Of a stretch of DNA of 64,000 nt, positions 15,001-25,910 are shown piece by piece. The notes below the pieces were generated by a model. The model made no database searches, was not told the DNA's origin, and saw only the letters and a list, made by a program, of their open reading frames with translations. Each line of letters begins with the position of its first letter. The stretch's first letter is position 1. The stretch lies in the NCBI GenBank assembly GCA_051362555.1, contig CM120644.1, positions 70,954 through 134,953 on the forward strand. Reading direction: 5' to 3'. The translations under genes were made by a program, and so were the position numbers. This DNA comes from Lingula anatina (taxonomy: Eukaryota > Animalia > Brachiopoda).

Positions 15001-16067
15001 GGTGGCATTCTCAGCGCAGTCATCGGCGGCCAGGGCACACTCATCTACGTCGGCACACGCTGTGCCGTCGCCGGTGAAGCCAGCCAGGCAGGTGCAGGTG
15101 AAACTGCCCACGGTGTTGGCGCAGGTGGCATTCTCAGCGCAGTCATCGGCGGCCAGGGCACACTCATCTACGTCGGCACACGCTGTGCCGTCGCCGGTGA
15201 AGCCAGCCAGGCAGGTGCAGGTGAAACTGCCCACGGTGTTGGCGCAGGTGGCATTCTCAGCGCAGTCATCGGCGGCCAGGGCACACTCATCTACGTCGGC
15301 ACACGCTGTGCCGTCGCCGGTGAAGCCAGCCAGGCAGGTGCAGGTGAAACTGCCCACGGTGTTGGCGCAGGTGGCATTCTCAGCGCAGTCATCGGCGGCC
15401 AGGGCACACTCATCTACGTCGGCACACGCTGTGCCGTCGCCGGTGAAGCCAGCCAGGCAGGTGCAGGTGAAACTGCCCACGGTGTTGGCGCAGGTGGCAT
15501 TCTCAGCGCAGTCATCGGCGGCCAGGGCACACTCATCTACGTCGGCACACGCTGTGCCGTCGCCGGTGAAGCCAGCCAGGCAGGTGCAGGTGAAACTGCC
15601 CACGGTGTTGGCGCAGGTGGCATTCTCAGCGCAGTCATCGGCGGCCAGGGCACACTCATCTACGTCGGCACACGCTGTGCCGTCGCCGGTGAAGCCAGCC
15701 AGGCAGGTGCAGGTGAAACTGCCCACGGTGTTGGCGCAGGTGGCATTCTCAGCGCAGTCATCGGCGGCCAGGGCACACTCATCTACGTCGGCACACGCTG
15801 TGCCGTCGCCGGTGAAGCCAGCCAGGCAGGTGCAGGTGAAACTGCCCACGGTGTTGGCGCAGGTGGCATTCTCAGCGCAGTCATCGGCGGCCAGGGCACA
15901 CTCATCTACGTCGGCACACGCTGTGCCGTCGCCGGTGAAGCCAGCCAGGCAGGTGCAGGTGAAACTGCCCACGGTGTTGGCGCAGGTGGCATTCCCAGCG
16001 CAGTCATCGGCGGCCAGGGCACACTCATCTACGTCGGCACACGCTGTGCCGTCGCCGGTGAAGCCAG
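1..16067. repeat. 123-bp coding tandem repeat, ~130 copies, ~66% GC, near-perfect identity
   Basis: Direct inspection; the only substitution seen is at 15995, plus about 17 single-base indels confined to 1-5160. Confidence 0.97.
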
Positions 16068-16149
16068 GTATGCAAACACAATGGTATCCAAAACAGTCTG
16101 GTTTGCATGTCGCGTTTGGACTGCAATTATTATTACATGGATCGTCGAC
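1..16149 (-). CDS. Giant single exon: one unique EGF (VDDPCNNNCSPNATCKPDCFGYHCVCIPG) then ~130 cbEGF repeats DVDECALAADDCAENATCANTVGSFTCTCLAGFTGDGTACA
   Basis: Acceptor tgtcattttag|GTC at 16149 is in phase 0 with the CTLD exon donor CAG|gtagtc at 17402. The frame is open from 16149 to ~5155 (ORF 5077..15972). Each unit has six-Cys EGF spacing, DxDEC and the C-x-N-x4-F-x-C calcium-binding consensus. Frameshifts below 5160 are all 1-bp homopolymer indels. Confidence 0.9.
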
Positions 16150-16941
16150 CTAAAATGACAGAAATCCTCATACCAATTTGATTGTAATCTGAGCCGTCTG
16201 CTTGCAGTACCAGGTAAAGCGGTGTTCACTCAAACCTTTACCAAAGTAAAGCTGTTCTACCTGGCTTCTAAGAACTCTCTAGCTTTAAGCCGCTATTTTG
16301 GCAGTCGTGTGTGATGGAGTGCATAACAGCTTTTCTTCATCAGCCATCTTGTTTTGTTTGTTTGTTTTTGTGTAATGATGTCCTGTGTAAGAAGCGTTTC
16401 CGGAAGAGAAAATGTTAAACCAATGTCTAACATTACTAAAAGTGACTGCTATATTTTTTATCAAATGTGTTGTTCGGAACGTTGCAATATAACTACACTG
16501 TTTAGGATTTTAGACAAGCTGATATACCACTCTGCATTTGTAAAGATATCTTGGCGGGTTAAGCAAGTGACTGCTATATTTGTATCAAATGTTGTTCGGA
16601 ACGTATTTTTGTGATTTTCATATCACGTTTGTTTTCCTGTGTGTAGATACCGTGTAAATGCACTGTTTTACATATGGCTGATATACCACTTCACAATTGT
16701 GAAGATATCTTGGCGAGTTAAGCAATGGACAATAGGTTATTTTTTAATAAAAGTCACTGGGTTTTGTTCGATATATCAATGTCATTTGGCATACGACATA
16801 TTCTCAACGCGAGATTTGAAAGAAGGGATTTCAGCGTCCTCTTTTTATAATTATCATTATAATAATCTCAAGTCGTAAATCCAGATGTTCAGTAGTCTTT
16901 ACATTAAAAAATTACTTAGGAACACAATAACCGAGATATGT

Positions 16942-16998
<57 letters not shown>

Positions 16999-19900
16999 AA
17001 GATTAAGATTCTAAATCAAAAAGGCTAATTCTCACATAAAACCAATTACAATCGAGATTGAACAGTTTCCTAAAAAAAAGATATGTTGTTTACGTAAAAT
17101 TATCAGCTGATTCAATTCATCAAATTCCAAATGGTGTCATATTCCGTTCCATTGGGCCAGCTGTCTTAATGGAGATATATCCCCATAAGTTTTAGAGGTT
17201 TCACTGACAACTGATCTGCTGATCACTAGTGTCTGGTAGAAACATAGTGATATCCGTCAGGTCTCCACTGCACACACTCAGCATGGAGATTGATTGTCTA
17301 TGATAACATATCCATTGCATAAAAAACATATCTGTGATATATAAACTTAATGAAATGAACTTCATGTATAAAATATGTGTATATATAAGGGAATGGACTA
17401 CCTGTACTTCACACAGTACGTTGCCAATCTTGTCGCAACGTTTATCTCTCCATCCGGGCTCTTGTTGTTTGTTCTTTTTGATAACAATGGCGCCGCACTC
17501 TCGCCCCGGTAGGTTGCGTGGTGTACCGCCTCCAAAGCCGTCCCAGTTTTGATAACACATGGCATTCCCGTCTATCCACTCCCAGTCGGTCCTGTTTTGT
17601 CTACTCAGCCCTATCCATGTGATGGAAAGTTTGTCTCTGCAAAAGCAATGAGTTTTAATATTTCAGTTGCCTTTATTAACATTAGAGTTCTAGACAATAA
17701 AGTTGCACATTTCGCCAGGAATATCTTATCGTAAGTCACTCCATGAGTTGGCCAGTCCATGCAGGCTATTAAAATGGTGGCCATGCCAGGCAGGTTATTA
17801 AAATGAGGTGCTCAGTTCAGGTAGGTTATTAAAATGAGGTGGTCAGTCCAGGTAGGTTATTAAAATGAGGTGGTCAGTCCAGGCAGACTATTAAAATGGT
17901 GGCCATTCCAGGTAGACTATTAAAATGGTGGCCATTCCAGGCAGACTATTAAAATGGTGGCAATTCCAGGCAGACTATTAAAATGGTGGCCATTCCAGGC
18001 AGGTTATTAAAATGAGGTGGTCAGTCCAGGTAGGTTATTAAAATGAGGTGGTCAGTCCAGACAGGTTATTAAAGTGAGGTGGTCAGTTCAGGTAGGTTAT
18101 TTAAATGAGGTGGTCAATCCAGGTAGGTTATTAAAATGAGGTGGTCAGTTCAGGCAGGTTATTAAAATGAGGTGGTCAGTCCAGGCAGGTTATTTAAATG
18201 AGGTGGTCAGTCCAGGTAGGTTATTTAAATGAGGTGGTCAGTCCAGGTAGGTTATTTAAATGAGGTGGTCAGTCCAGGCAGGCTATTACCTGGTGGACGG
18301 TCTTAAGGTCGGTTGCTTAACGTCAGTTCCAGGATTTGACTCCAACATAGCCCTGATTCTTCTTTTACTGGATGACTAAAACATTTACTTTTTGGTGTCT
18401 GAAACAGTTTCTCACACAGGCATGAACACATACGAAAGTGATGAAAACCTTACAAAATCCTCAGACAGCTAAGGAAGAAATAATATGATTAACAATACAT
18501 TCAAAATGAATGGATAAAAACGAATGTTTGTTGGACTAACCATGAGTAGTCAGCAGATGTGGACGTGTGGCCATATATGTTCTTTCGCCATAGTTTCAAA
18601 CACAACGAAGTTAGTTTGTCATTTTAAAGTAATTATAATAATAAATCCTGTGGACAAAGCTGTAATAGGGTAGGGGTCATATTACCATGCGCCAAACATA
18701 GCGAAAACTTCTCAACACTTTGGAAGTCCATAGAAGCTCTGCCGGACATTTCCGTTTTTTTTTTCTTTTTTGACTTCTGATTTGTTTTACACTAGACATC
18801 CCGGGACAATGTCGTAACGTGGCAACATTTGTTATAAGATATGTAAAACTAAAAACTACTAACTTTCCTTTGATCAAGCTCTGGGCCACGTCTTGCTCGT
18901 TCTGGTTATGTATGGAGGCCAGTCTGGCAGTGACCACCTGCTGGCTACAGAACCTGGCAGCGGCAGGATAATCCCACATCTCGCCGTTATTACCCTTGAA
19001 GAATTGGAGGCATTTGGACCCATCCGTGCTCTTAAACCAATTCTCAGTGCCCGGCGGTCCCCCTTTGCACGCTGAAGTGAAGTAAGACGGCGGTTTCTTG
19101 ACAATGCTCGCACACACACAAATATACAGCGGAAGTCGTAATTAAGTTTCCGTTGTATTTTGGTTTGATAACGTTTGAAATGTTTTAATCCCTATTTTGT
19201 GAATAAAAGGGGGTGTGTAAACAATGGACAGCCATGTCAATCCCTTCAAAATTCAAACGGAAAAACACAATGGCTTGGAGGCAATACCACAATAGCTTAG
19301 ACGAGTGAACCCACGACGCCGTGTCCGGAATCGCGCAAAATTTAGCTATGAATCAAATTTAGGAACATGCTTGAAATACGGACACCGTTGAATACTTTTA
19401 GGTTGAATAACGCATTAATATTACCTTCCAGAATCGAGGTCAAAATAGTTACGTGTAAATCGCTTTGAAGATCTTAATCCAATGCTGACAACAACAACCA
19501 GTGTCAATCATTTAATGTTCACTCGTCGCCCAAATAGAAGAAAGCTCCTCAGACGTATTGTCACTTGAAAACGAAAACATACCAGAACACTAGCAAGCGG
19601 TTTTAATCTCATATTTTATCTTAGTTGCACCTTACGATAATCACAAATGTGACTGAGCTATAAAGGTTTACCTTTCGGTTTGGGTTTCTTCTTATTTACT
19701 ACGACATGTTCTTGGTCCTCTGGAAGTTTCGCTTCTTTTTCTTCTTCTTTGGCTGCAAGAAGAATCGTCATTATTAGGTTGAAATCGTCATTATTTAGCT
19801 TTCAACGAATTATCAGAAGCGTATGTGAATTGAATAGCAGTGTGTTTGGACTGGGCAGTACAAAGTGGACGGAGGATGGGGTTACCCACCCATAGATACA

Positions 19901-21472
19901 AATATACAGAGACAGTCCATTAGTCTCCGTTTTTAGTAGTTGCATTTCTAGTGACGTGGTGTTACGATGCACGTTTTGAGTTGCTAAAGAGAAAAAATAA
20001 AAAAATAAAAAGAATCAACCCATATCGTACGCCTACATGTGCATGTATGAGTAATGTGGTTGAGAAAAGTGCCCCCAAGTCCCCCCCCCCGTACCTCAAC
20101 CAAATTATATATGCACTTGTACACGTATGCCCAATGTGGTAAAGTGTACCCCCAAGTACCCCCCAGTGTCCCCCCTGTACCTCAACCAAATTATATATGT
20201 ACTTGTACACGTATGCCCAATGTGGTAAAGTGTACCCCCCAAGTACCCCCCAGTGTCCCCCCCGTACCTCAACTAAATTATATATGTACTTGTACACGTA
20301 TGCCCAATGTAGTAAGTTGCATTTCAAGTGACGTGGTGTTATGATGCACGTTTTTTGAGTTGCTAAAGAGAAAAAAATAAAAAGAACAGTATACAAATAA
20401 AATATAGGATATAAACACTTTCATATCCGCTAGTTATAATGGGTCAGCCTGACTCCATTTTGTCCTGAGCGTACATGTAAGACGTATATGGTTGAGAAAA
20501 AAATTGCCCCCCTCCCAATACCCCGGTACCCAACCCATATCCTACGCCTATATGTACCTAATGAAAATCACAAATGTGACTGAGCTATAAAGGTTTACCT
20601 TTCGGTTTGGGTTTATTCTTATTTACTACGACATGTTCTTGGTCCTCTGGAAGTTTCGCTTCTTTTTCTTCTTCTTTGGCTGCAAGAAGAATCGTCATTA
20701 TTAGGTTGAAATCGTCATTATTTAGTTTTCAGTGAATTATCAAAAGCGTATGTGAACTGAATAGCAGTGTGTTTGGACTGGGCAGTACACAGTGGACGGA
20801 GGATGGGGTTACCCACCCATAGATACAAACATACAGAGACAGTCCATTAGTCTCCGTTTTTAGTAGTTGCATTTCTAGTGACGTGGTGTTATGATGCACG
20901 TTTTTTGAGTTGCTAAAGAGAAAAAAATAAAAAGAACAGTATACAAATAAAATACAGGATATAAACACTTTCATATCCGCTAGTTATAATGGGTCAGCTT
21001 GACTCCATTTTGTCCTGAGCGTACATGTAAGACGTATATGGTTGAGAAAAAAATTGCCCCCCTCCCAATACCCCGGTACCCAACCCATACCCTACGCCTA
21101 GATGTGCACGCATGAGTAATGTGGTTGAGAAAAGTACCCCCCTCCCCAGTGTCCCCACTGTACCTCAACCAAATTATATATGTACTTGTACACGTATGCC
21201 CAATGTGGTAAAGTGTACCCCCAAGTACCCCCTCCCCCCAGTGTCCCCCTGTATCTCAGCCAAATTATATATGTACTTGTACACGTATGCCCAATGTGGT
21301 AAAGTGTACCCCCAAGTACCCCCTCCCCAAATCCTCTGGCTACATGTGTACACATGAAAAATGTGGTTTAGAAAAGTGAACCCCCTTTCCACGACCCCCC
21401 CCCCCCCCCCCACAAAAAAATAATAATAAGCATGTAGCAGGCGTACAAAGCTGTCATACTATTCAATACACG

Positions 21473-21511
<39 letters not shown>

Positions 21512-23570
21512 TATATAAGCGTGTCATTGTCAAAATCGCGCACTCAGATTGAATTGACGGTGGCGACAGGTGCTCGTTCAGTTCTTTATGTTATGTTATC
21601 GTTTTGTAGCATATTTTATCATATTTAAGACATATTCAAAGTAGGCATGTTGCTGTATTTATTAAACCGTGTTTCAACTTAAAATATAAATATAAATAGA
21701 TATAAATAGATATATGTTTTTATCAGATCTCATGCGAACTGTCCCTCGGCCACTGAGGTCAAGGGGGTGGAACACCCACGTTGAGTTCGTTGAAAATTCT
21801 TATTGTTTGGCTCTTTAAACAGTGCTCTTAAAATAATGTGTGAATCGAGCAACTATATAACCTACATATCTTGACTTTTGTTGCCGCAAATGTGGAAATA
21901 TAGTGCAGATGCTGGGATTATTTATGCCGTGATTCGATCGATTTTAGTGTGCCTCGAATGGCTCACCATATAGGTGCATAAGTACGCTCTGCACCTTAGT
22001 CATGTAGCAGTTCCCTTGGGGGGGTGAGGGGCACGTGTTTCAGGTGACATAAGAGTAAAGATTAAATAACCCAAGATATTACGACTTATCTAACAGAAAA
22101 TATCCAATGAAAATACACCAAACTTTTAGTGTTACTAAATCATGTCATTAATTTATTTTAGTGTGACGGGTTACATTGTTTAGAAACCTTTCCCACACAA
22201 CACTTCAGGGTTATAATACACTACCTATATAATCATTTATTGTAGATATAAATACTGCGAGTTTTTTTTTCGTCCATAAAACATACCAAGTAAATAATGT
22301 ATTTGTTTGTTTGAAGCCCCAACTTAACAAATTAATTGTTTTTGTACCTAAGACACTGTATCCTCCCGGGAGGGGGAGGGGGGGGTGAGATCGTCAACAT
22401 ACAGACCGGACATGGCCCAAAATGACCAGTCGTCCGTTGTAAAAATTCACCAAAACTGTATTGTTAACTGCACTGAAATGTATATAATGTAGTGCAATAT
22501 ATAAACGGAATTTTGCTTTTTTATACTAATTACAGAACATTTTTCTTTTATTCATTTTAAAAAGATTTAGCAGATTGTTTCATTTGCCGGTGTGTTTTTA
22601 TACATCTACATAAAACGATAAAATCCGTATTTGAAATTGACTCAGGAGTGATTTTCCCTTTCTGTTTAATTCTATTTGTAAGTATTATTTCAGGTTTTAG
22701 AGCTTTCCTTAATGTTTTAATGTTCTGAGTTTAGGAAATTAAACATATTGTTTTTTTCGTTTTATGCGACATTGTTCCTAAAATATTTTGATGTTTCCAG
22801 TATTAACGTTTGATTGGTACAGAAACTTGCTCTCCATACTCTCAGAAAGTCTGAGAATCTCTTTTACTTCACAACACCAGTTTGTCTCTACCTATGGTAA
22901 ACTGCCGATACCTGTTGCTTTCTTATAACCATACTGACATCTCAAAATGCTATGGTTATGTTTAAATATTGTAATTTTATATGTAAAGGACCTTGCACAT
23001 TTCATTCTTATGTTGTGTGGTCATTCTGTTCGCCTTTGTTCACTTTCTCATCACTAATCTATTCAGGTTAAGATGTGCAATGGAACAAAAAGCAGTGGAC
23101 TCCAGCAGGCGGGTCAGATTCATGGAATATGGTAATATATTTCATGGTATCACAGTCAATATTTTTTAAAAAATCAGACTTATACCGTATTAAATAAGAT
23201 TTACCCCCCCCCCCCCCCCCCTCCGCATTATGATATGACCTGGTTTCAGTTATGGTGACCATAATTATTGAATAATTATTGAATTAATCCTTTTGGAACC
23301 AAATCTATTAATTAACTGATCAGATGATCTGAGCAGTTTGCCAAGAAGATATATTTTCTCTTCTTTTCCTTAATAAATTACAGATACATCACAACAGTCC
23401 ACAAAGTCACTGAGAGACACATAGCTGAGTTAAGCTAGTTCAAAGTTCTAGAAGTGATTTTAACTTATCTATAGTGCACATTCTATACTACACACAGTGT
23501 TTACAGTACCTCCGCAGAATACATCCAGTGCCAGAACCAATGTCAAGAAAACAGCCGCCCATCTCATCAT
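1..23570 (-). CDS. Secreted C-type lectin domain + massive tandem calcium-binding EGF repeat protein (3' end beyond left window edge)
   Basis: Hand-built exon chain with consistent phases. 23570-23510: MMRWAAVFLTLVLALDVFCG signal peptide, phase 1. 20679-20599 and/or 19752-19672: 81-nt phase 1-1 exon. 19071-18864: CKGGPPG..KCLQFF..WDYPAAARFC..LASIHNQNEQ. Optional 18367-18290. 17636-17402: TWIGL..WEWIDG..YQNW..ECGAIV..WRDKRC..VLCEVQ. 16149-<1: EGF exon. Confidence 0.8.
16440..16727. repeat. Degenerate intronic tandem duplication (~130-160 bp)
   Basis: gtgactgctatattt..tatcaaatgt..ttcggaacg and gctgatataccact..aagatatcttggcg.gttaagcaa each occur twice. Confidence 0.6.
16945..16995. repeat. (TA)n microsatellite
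   Basis: Direct inspection. Confidence 0.95.
17402..17636 (-). CDS. C-type lectin domain, C-terminal exon
   Basis: ttgcag|A GAC AAA.. encodes DKLSITWIGLSRQNRTDWEWIDGNAMCYQNWDGFGGGTPRNLPGRECGAIVIKKNKQQEPGWRDKRCDKIGNVLCEVQ|gtag; WIGL motif and CTLD cysteines. Confidence 0.88.
17748..18287. repeat. 29-31 bp minisatellite (~18 copies) starting at a putative splice donor
   Basis: Unit ccaggtaggttattaaaatgaggtggtcagt; abuts the minus-strand donor CCACCAG|gtaata at 18290. Confidence 0.9.
18290..18367 (-). CDS. Putative frame-preserving 78-nt exon inserted inside the CTLD (NKRRIRAMLESNPGTDVKQPTLRPSTR)
   Basis: atccag|T...ACCAG|gtaat, phase 2-2, no stop. The flanking exons also join in frame without it. 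Confidence 0.45.
18864..19071 (-). CDS. C-type lectin domain, N-terminal exon
   Basis: Acceptor tcttacttcacttcag|CG and donor GGA AA|gttagt; encodes CKGGPPGTENWFKSTDGSKCLQFFKGNNGEMWDYPAAARFCSQQVVTARLASIHNQNEQDVAQSLIKG. Confidence 0.82.
19638..21330. repeat. Complex local duplication containing two copies of an 81-nt exon (19672-19752, 20599-20679) and ~87-bp subrepeats
   Basis: 19638-20000 matches 20565-20930 (927-bp offset); 20310-20555 matches 20865-21105; the gtacctcaaccaaattatatatgtacttgtacacgtatgcccaatgt unit is repeated at 20091-20310 and 21160-21330. Confidence 0.88.
21478..21508. repeat. (CA)n microsatellite
   Basis: Direct inspection. Confidence 0.9.
23510..23570 (-). CDS. Probable first coding exon: signal peptide of the CTL-EGF gene
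   Basis: ATG ATG AGA TGG GCG GCT GTT TTC TTG ACA TTG GTT CTG GCA CTG GAT GTA TTC TGC GGA G|gtactg; basic n-region, hydrophobic core, small-residue cleavage site; phase 1 matches the next exon. Confidence 0.7.
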
Positions 23571-23684
23571 TTATGCTGACACAGTTGGTTGCATAGAAAT
23601 GGTGTCTTACAGAGTAGCTGCGACTGTTGTATGCACTGTAGGATAGCAAGATAACATGGGCAGCAGTTTTCTACTACAGAGGGA

Positions 23685-23701
23685 TGACGTCATGGCACGT
23701 G
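23685..23701. promoter_or_regulatory. Palindromic CRE (TGACGTCA) next to an E-box (CACGTG), ~115 bp upstream of the CTL-EGF start codon
   Basis: Motif match and position only; function untested. Confidence 0.3.
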
Positions 23702-23979
23702 ATAGCACGGTGTAATAAAAATTGTATATGTAAAGTTTTGCTTCCAGCAGATCAGATACATTTAAAGATAAACAGGGGTGTCAAAAATGCTTCCCCTCCT
23801 TTATGTTTGTAGTAAAGCAGTTCAAACTTCCTTGGCGAAAATCATCGTCTCACATCAACAAATGCGTCTAGACGTGTTCTTGTTTCTTAACCGGAATTCC
23901 ACAAAATTTAGCGGCCCTGTGTAAGGTATTTCACTTTATCTTAGTGGTTCTGTGTGTACATTCCCTCAAACTACCAATT

Positions 23980-24640
23980 CAATGGACAAAAAGGGAATAT
24001 GTTTTATTTCTATTGATACAAATAAATCAGCTGGCCTAGATAACACACCGTGTTGGATCCCTAACAGTTTTGCTGGAATTTTGGTACACCCATATTTGCA
24101 TCTGGAACATTACAACCACGCCAACATTTGGAAGTGCGCCTTTGTTGTGCCACTTCCCAAAAGTAAGCCAACACTTAGTATTGAAAATCATTTGGTAGCG
24201 GTATGCCTAAAACCTATTTTAAGCAAGGAGTAGCATTTGTTTTACTTATGGGCCCGTATATATAGAAATACCATAAAACGTTCTTCCACTACAACGGTCT
24301 TTATAGAGTTATTCGACACCTGGACCTAGGCGATAGACAATCTTGGGGCACAAACCAAAGGTTTACTATTGGATTTTAGAAAAAATACCTTATAGGGCCT
24401 AGGCCATGATATTCTGTAACCCAAACTTTGCAGCTATGAAATACCGCCAGTGTTACTCAGATGGACCCATGTTTGTTTACTAAATACAGACAAAGCATGG
24501 TCCAGTTGTGTCACAATGGTGTCATAGCCATGGAGGCGTGGCCCAAAGTGTAAAATCTCTTATTTACAACAATGACTTATGACATGGTATGTTTTTTTAA
24601 CATGCAGTTCAGTCCATGGATGACCCCACATGGTATATTA
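23980..24640 (+). mobile_element. Decayed non-LTR retrotransposon (L2/CR1-like) reverse-transcriptase remnant
   Basis: NKSAGLDNTPCW..FAGILVHP..WKCAFVVPLPKSKP..LKPILSK, then broken frames with STTT..IELFDTW..LLLDFRK..HDIL..KL; these match N-terminal LINE RT motifs, with stops and frameshifts. Confidence 0.75.
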
Positions 24641-24703
24641 AACAAGAAACAAGACATATATAACCACCCTGTAGCAGCATTAGATCTACATTTATGTACA
24701 TGT

Positions 24704-25910
24704 ATACTCCCCTGTCAAATAAGTGTCACCCTTAATTAAGGCAATGCGTAAAGTGGTACAGAAAACCATGAACCAATCTTCTTTATTCACCTTCTAAATG
24801 GAATTTTTTCACAAAAATTTAATGATTATACAACCAATGAATATGTAAACTATTGTAAATACATCTAAGCCACATTTATTATTCTCTACAGTAGCCTCTG
24901 GGTTGGAGGACGCACCTGACCTATCTATGCTTGGAGTCTAAAAGTTTAGTTTAGCGTTCCTCATACGGTGCAAAGATGGTATGAGATCATTTTTGTTTTG
25001 CAGAGTCATCCCTCAGTTATCCATTTCCAAGGATATCCCAAGCATTCTTTATGAGGTTCTGATTTAGATGCGTCTGGATCTGGTATTCAAATAATTAGCA
25101 TACTGTTGCATCGGCGAGTAGCTCATTCTCATGCTGAAACAAATGGGTGGTCATGGTCCCCAAGATATTCTCCACCGAACTTCTTAAGTTCCTTTCCAGT
25201 ACTTGGATGCAAGGGTCTGTTTTAAGGTTATCGTTGACTACTAGCTGTCACCTCCCCTACAATGTAGTTGCCAATTCGAAAGTAACTTCTTACCAGCTGG
25301 TCTCCAAACCCTACGCGTCCATAAATTGTGACAACGCTAAACCTGATTTCATCTGAGAATACCATCATCGCCCACTGGTGTCTGTGCCAGAGTTTCGGTA
25401 TACCACCTGACGTAAACAGTTCAAATTTCTGTCAGTGATCATCGGTCTCATGACGGAAACCCGCCAAAATATTGGCGATTGTGCAGACGTCTTCTGACGG
25501 TTAAGTCAGAAACACTGTTTGCCCTGTTCTTGAGGATGTTGCAGACAAGTTCCTAAATGTCATTTTTTTTCTCTGGGTACGGCTTCTTTCGGTCGGTCTT
25601 ACCCAGGCAATGATGCTGTCTAAGCATCTGAGTGGTTCTCGGAGCAATTGGGCGGGTCAAAACAACTGCCCCTTACATCGAATGGTAAAAATGCATTCCT
25701 CTCGTTTGGGTAACCGCATATTAAAATAATTGGTGTTGGATTACTTTAATAGTTACGCTAGGTAGGTCAATGATCTATTACTCATACCCAATTTACACGA
25801 TGATCGGTTGCCTAGTTTTTATGTAATAGTAAATTAAAACTATGGGTGCCCTTGAAGCAATGTACAAAAGTGCCGAAGGAGTGATACTATTTTTGCTAGT
25901 AGGGGTGTGT
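24704..25910 (-). mobile_element. Decayed Tc1/mariner transposon
   Basis: Minus-strand fragments SVSDLTVRRRLH, QWAMMVFSDEIRFSV..GRV and NLIKNAWDILG (cf. Tc1 VSxxTVRRRL, WxxVLFSDESRF, DLNPIENxW). TIR-like TACTCCCCTGTCAAATAAGTGTCACCC at 24704 has a loose partner near 25880-25910. Confidence 0.75.

Noticed and set aside
1-16067. CRISPR array or non-coding satellite interpretation
   Set aside because: There are no spacers, and the unit is exactly one EGF domain spliced in frame to upstream exons.
4606-16158. Two 3,600-3,850 aa plus-strand ORFs antisense to the EGF array
   Set aside because: Shadow frames: a GC-rich 123-bp unit lacking a stop stays open indefinitely. They show no domain likeness, whereas the minus frame gives perfect cbEGF.
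21967-22014. Possible extra small phase-1 exon (..MTKVQSVLMHLY|gtgagc) in the CTL-EGF gene
   Set aside because: The donor is plausible but there is no motif support and the model works without it.
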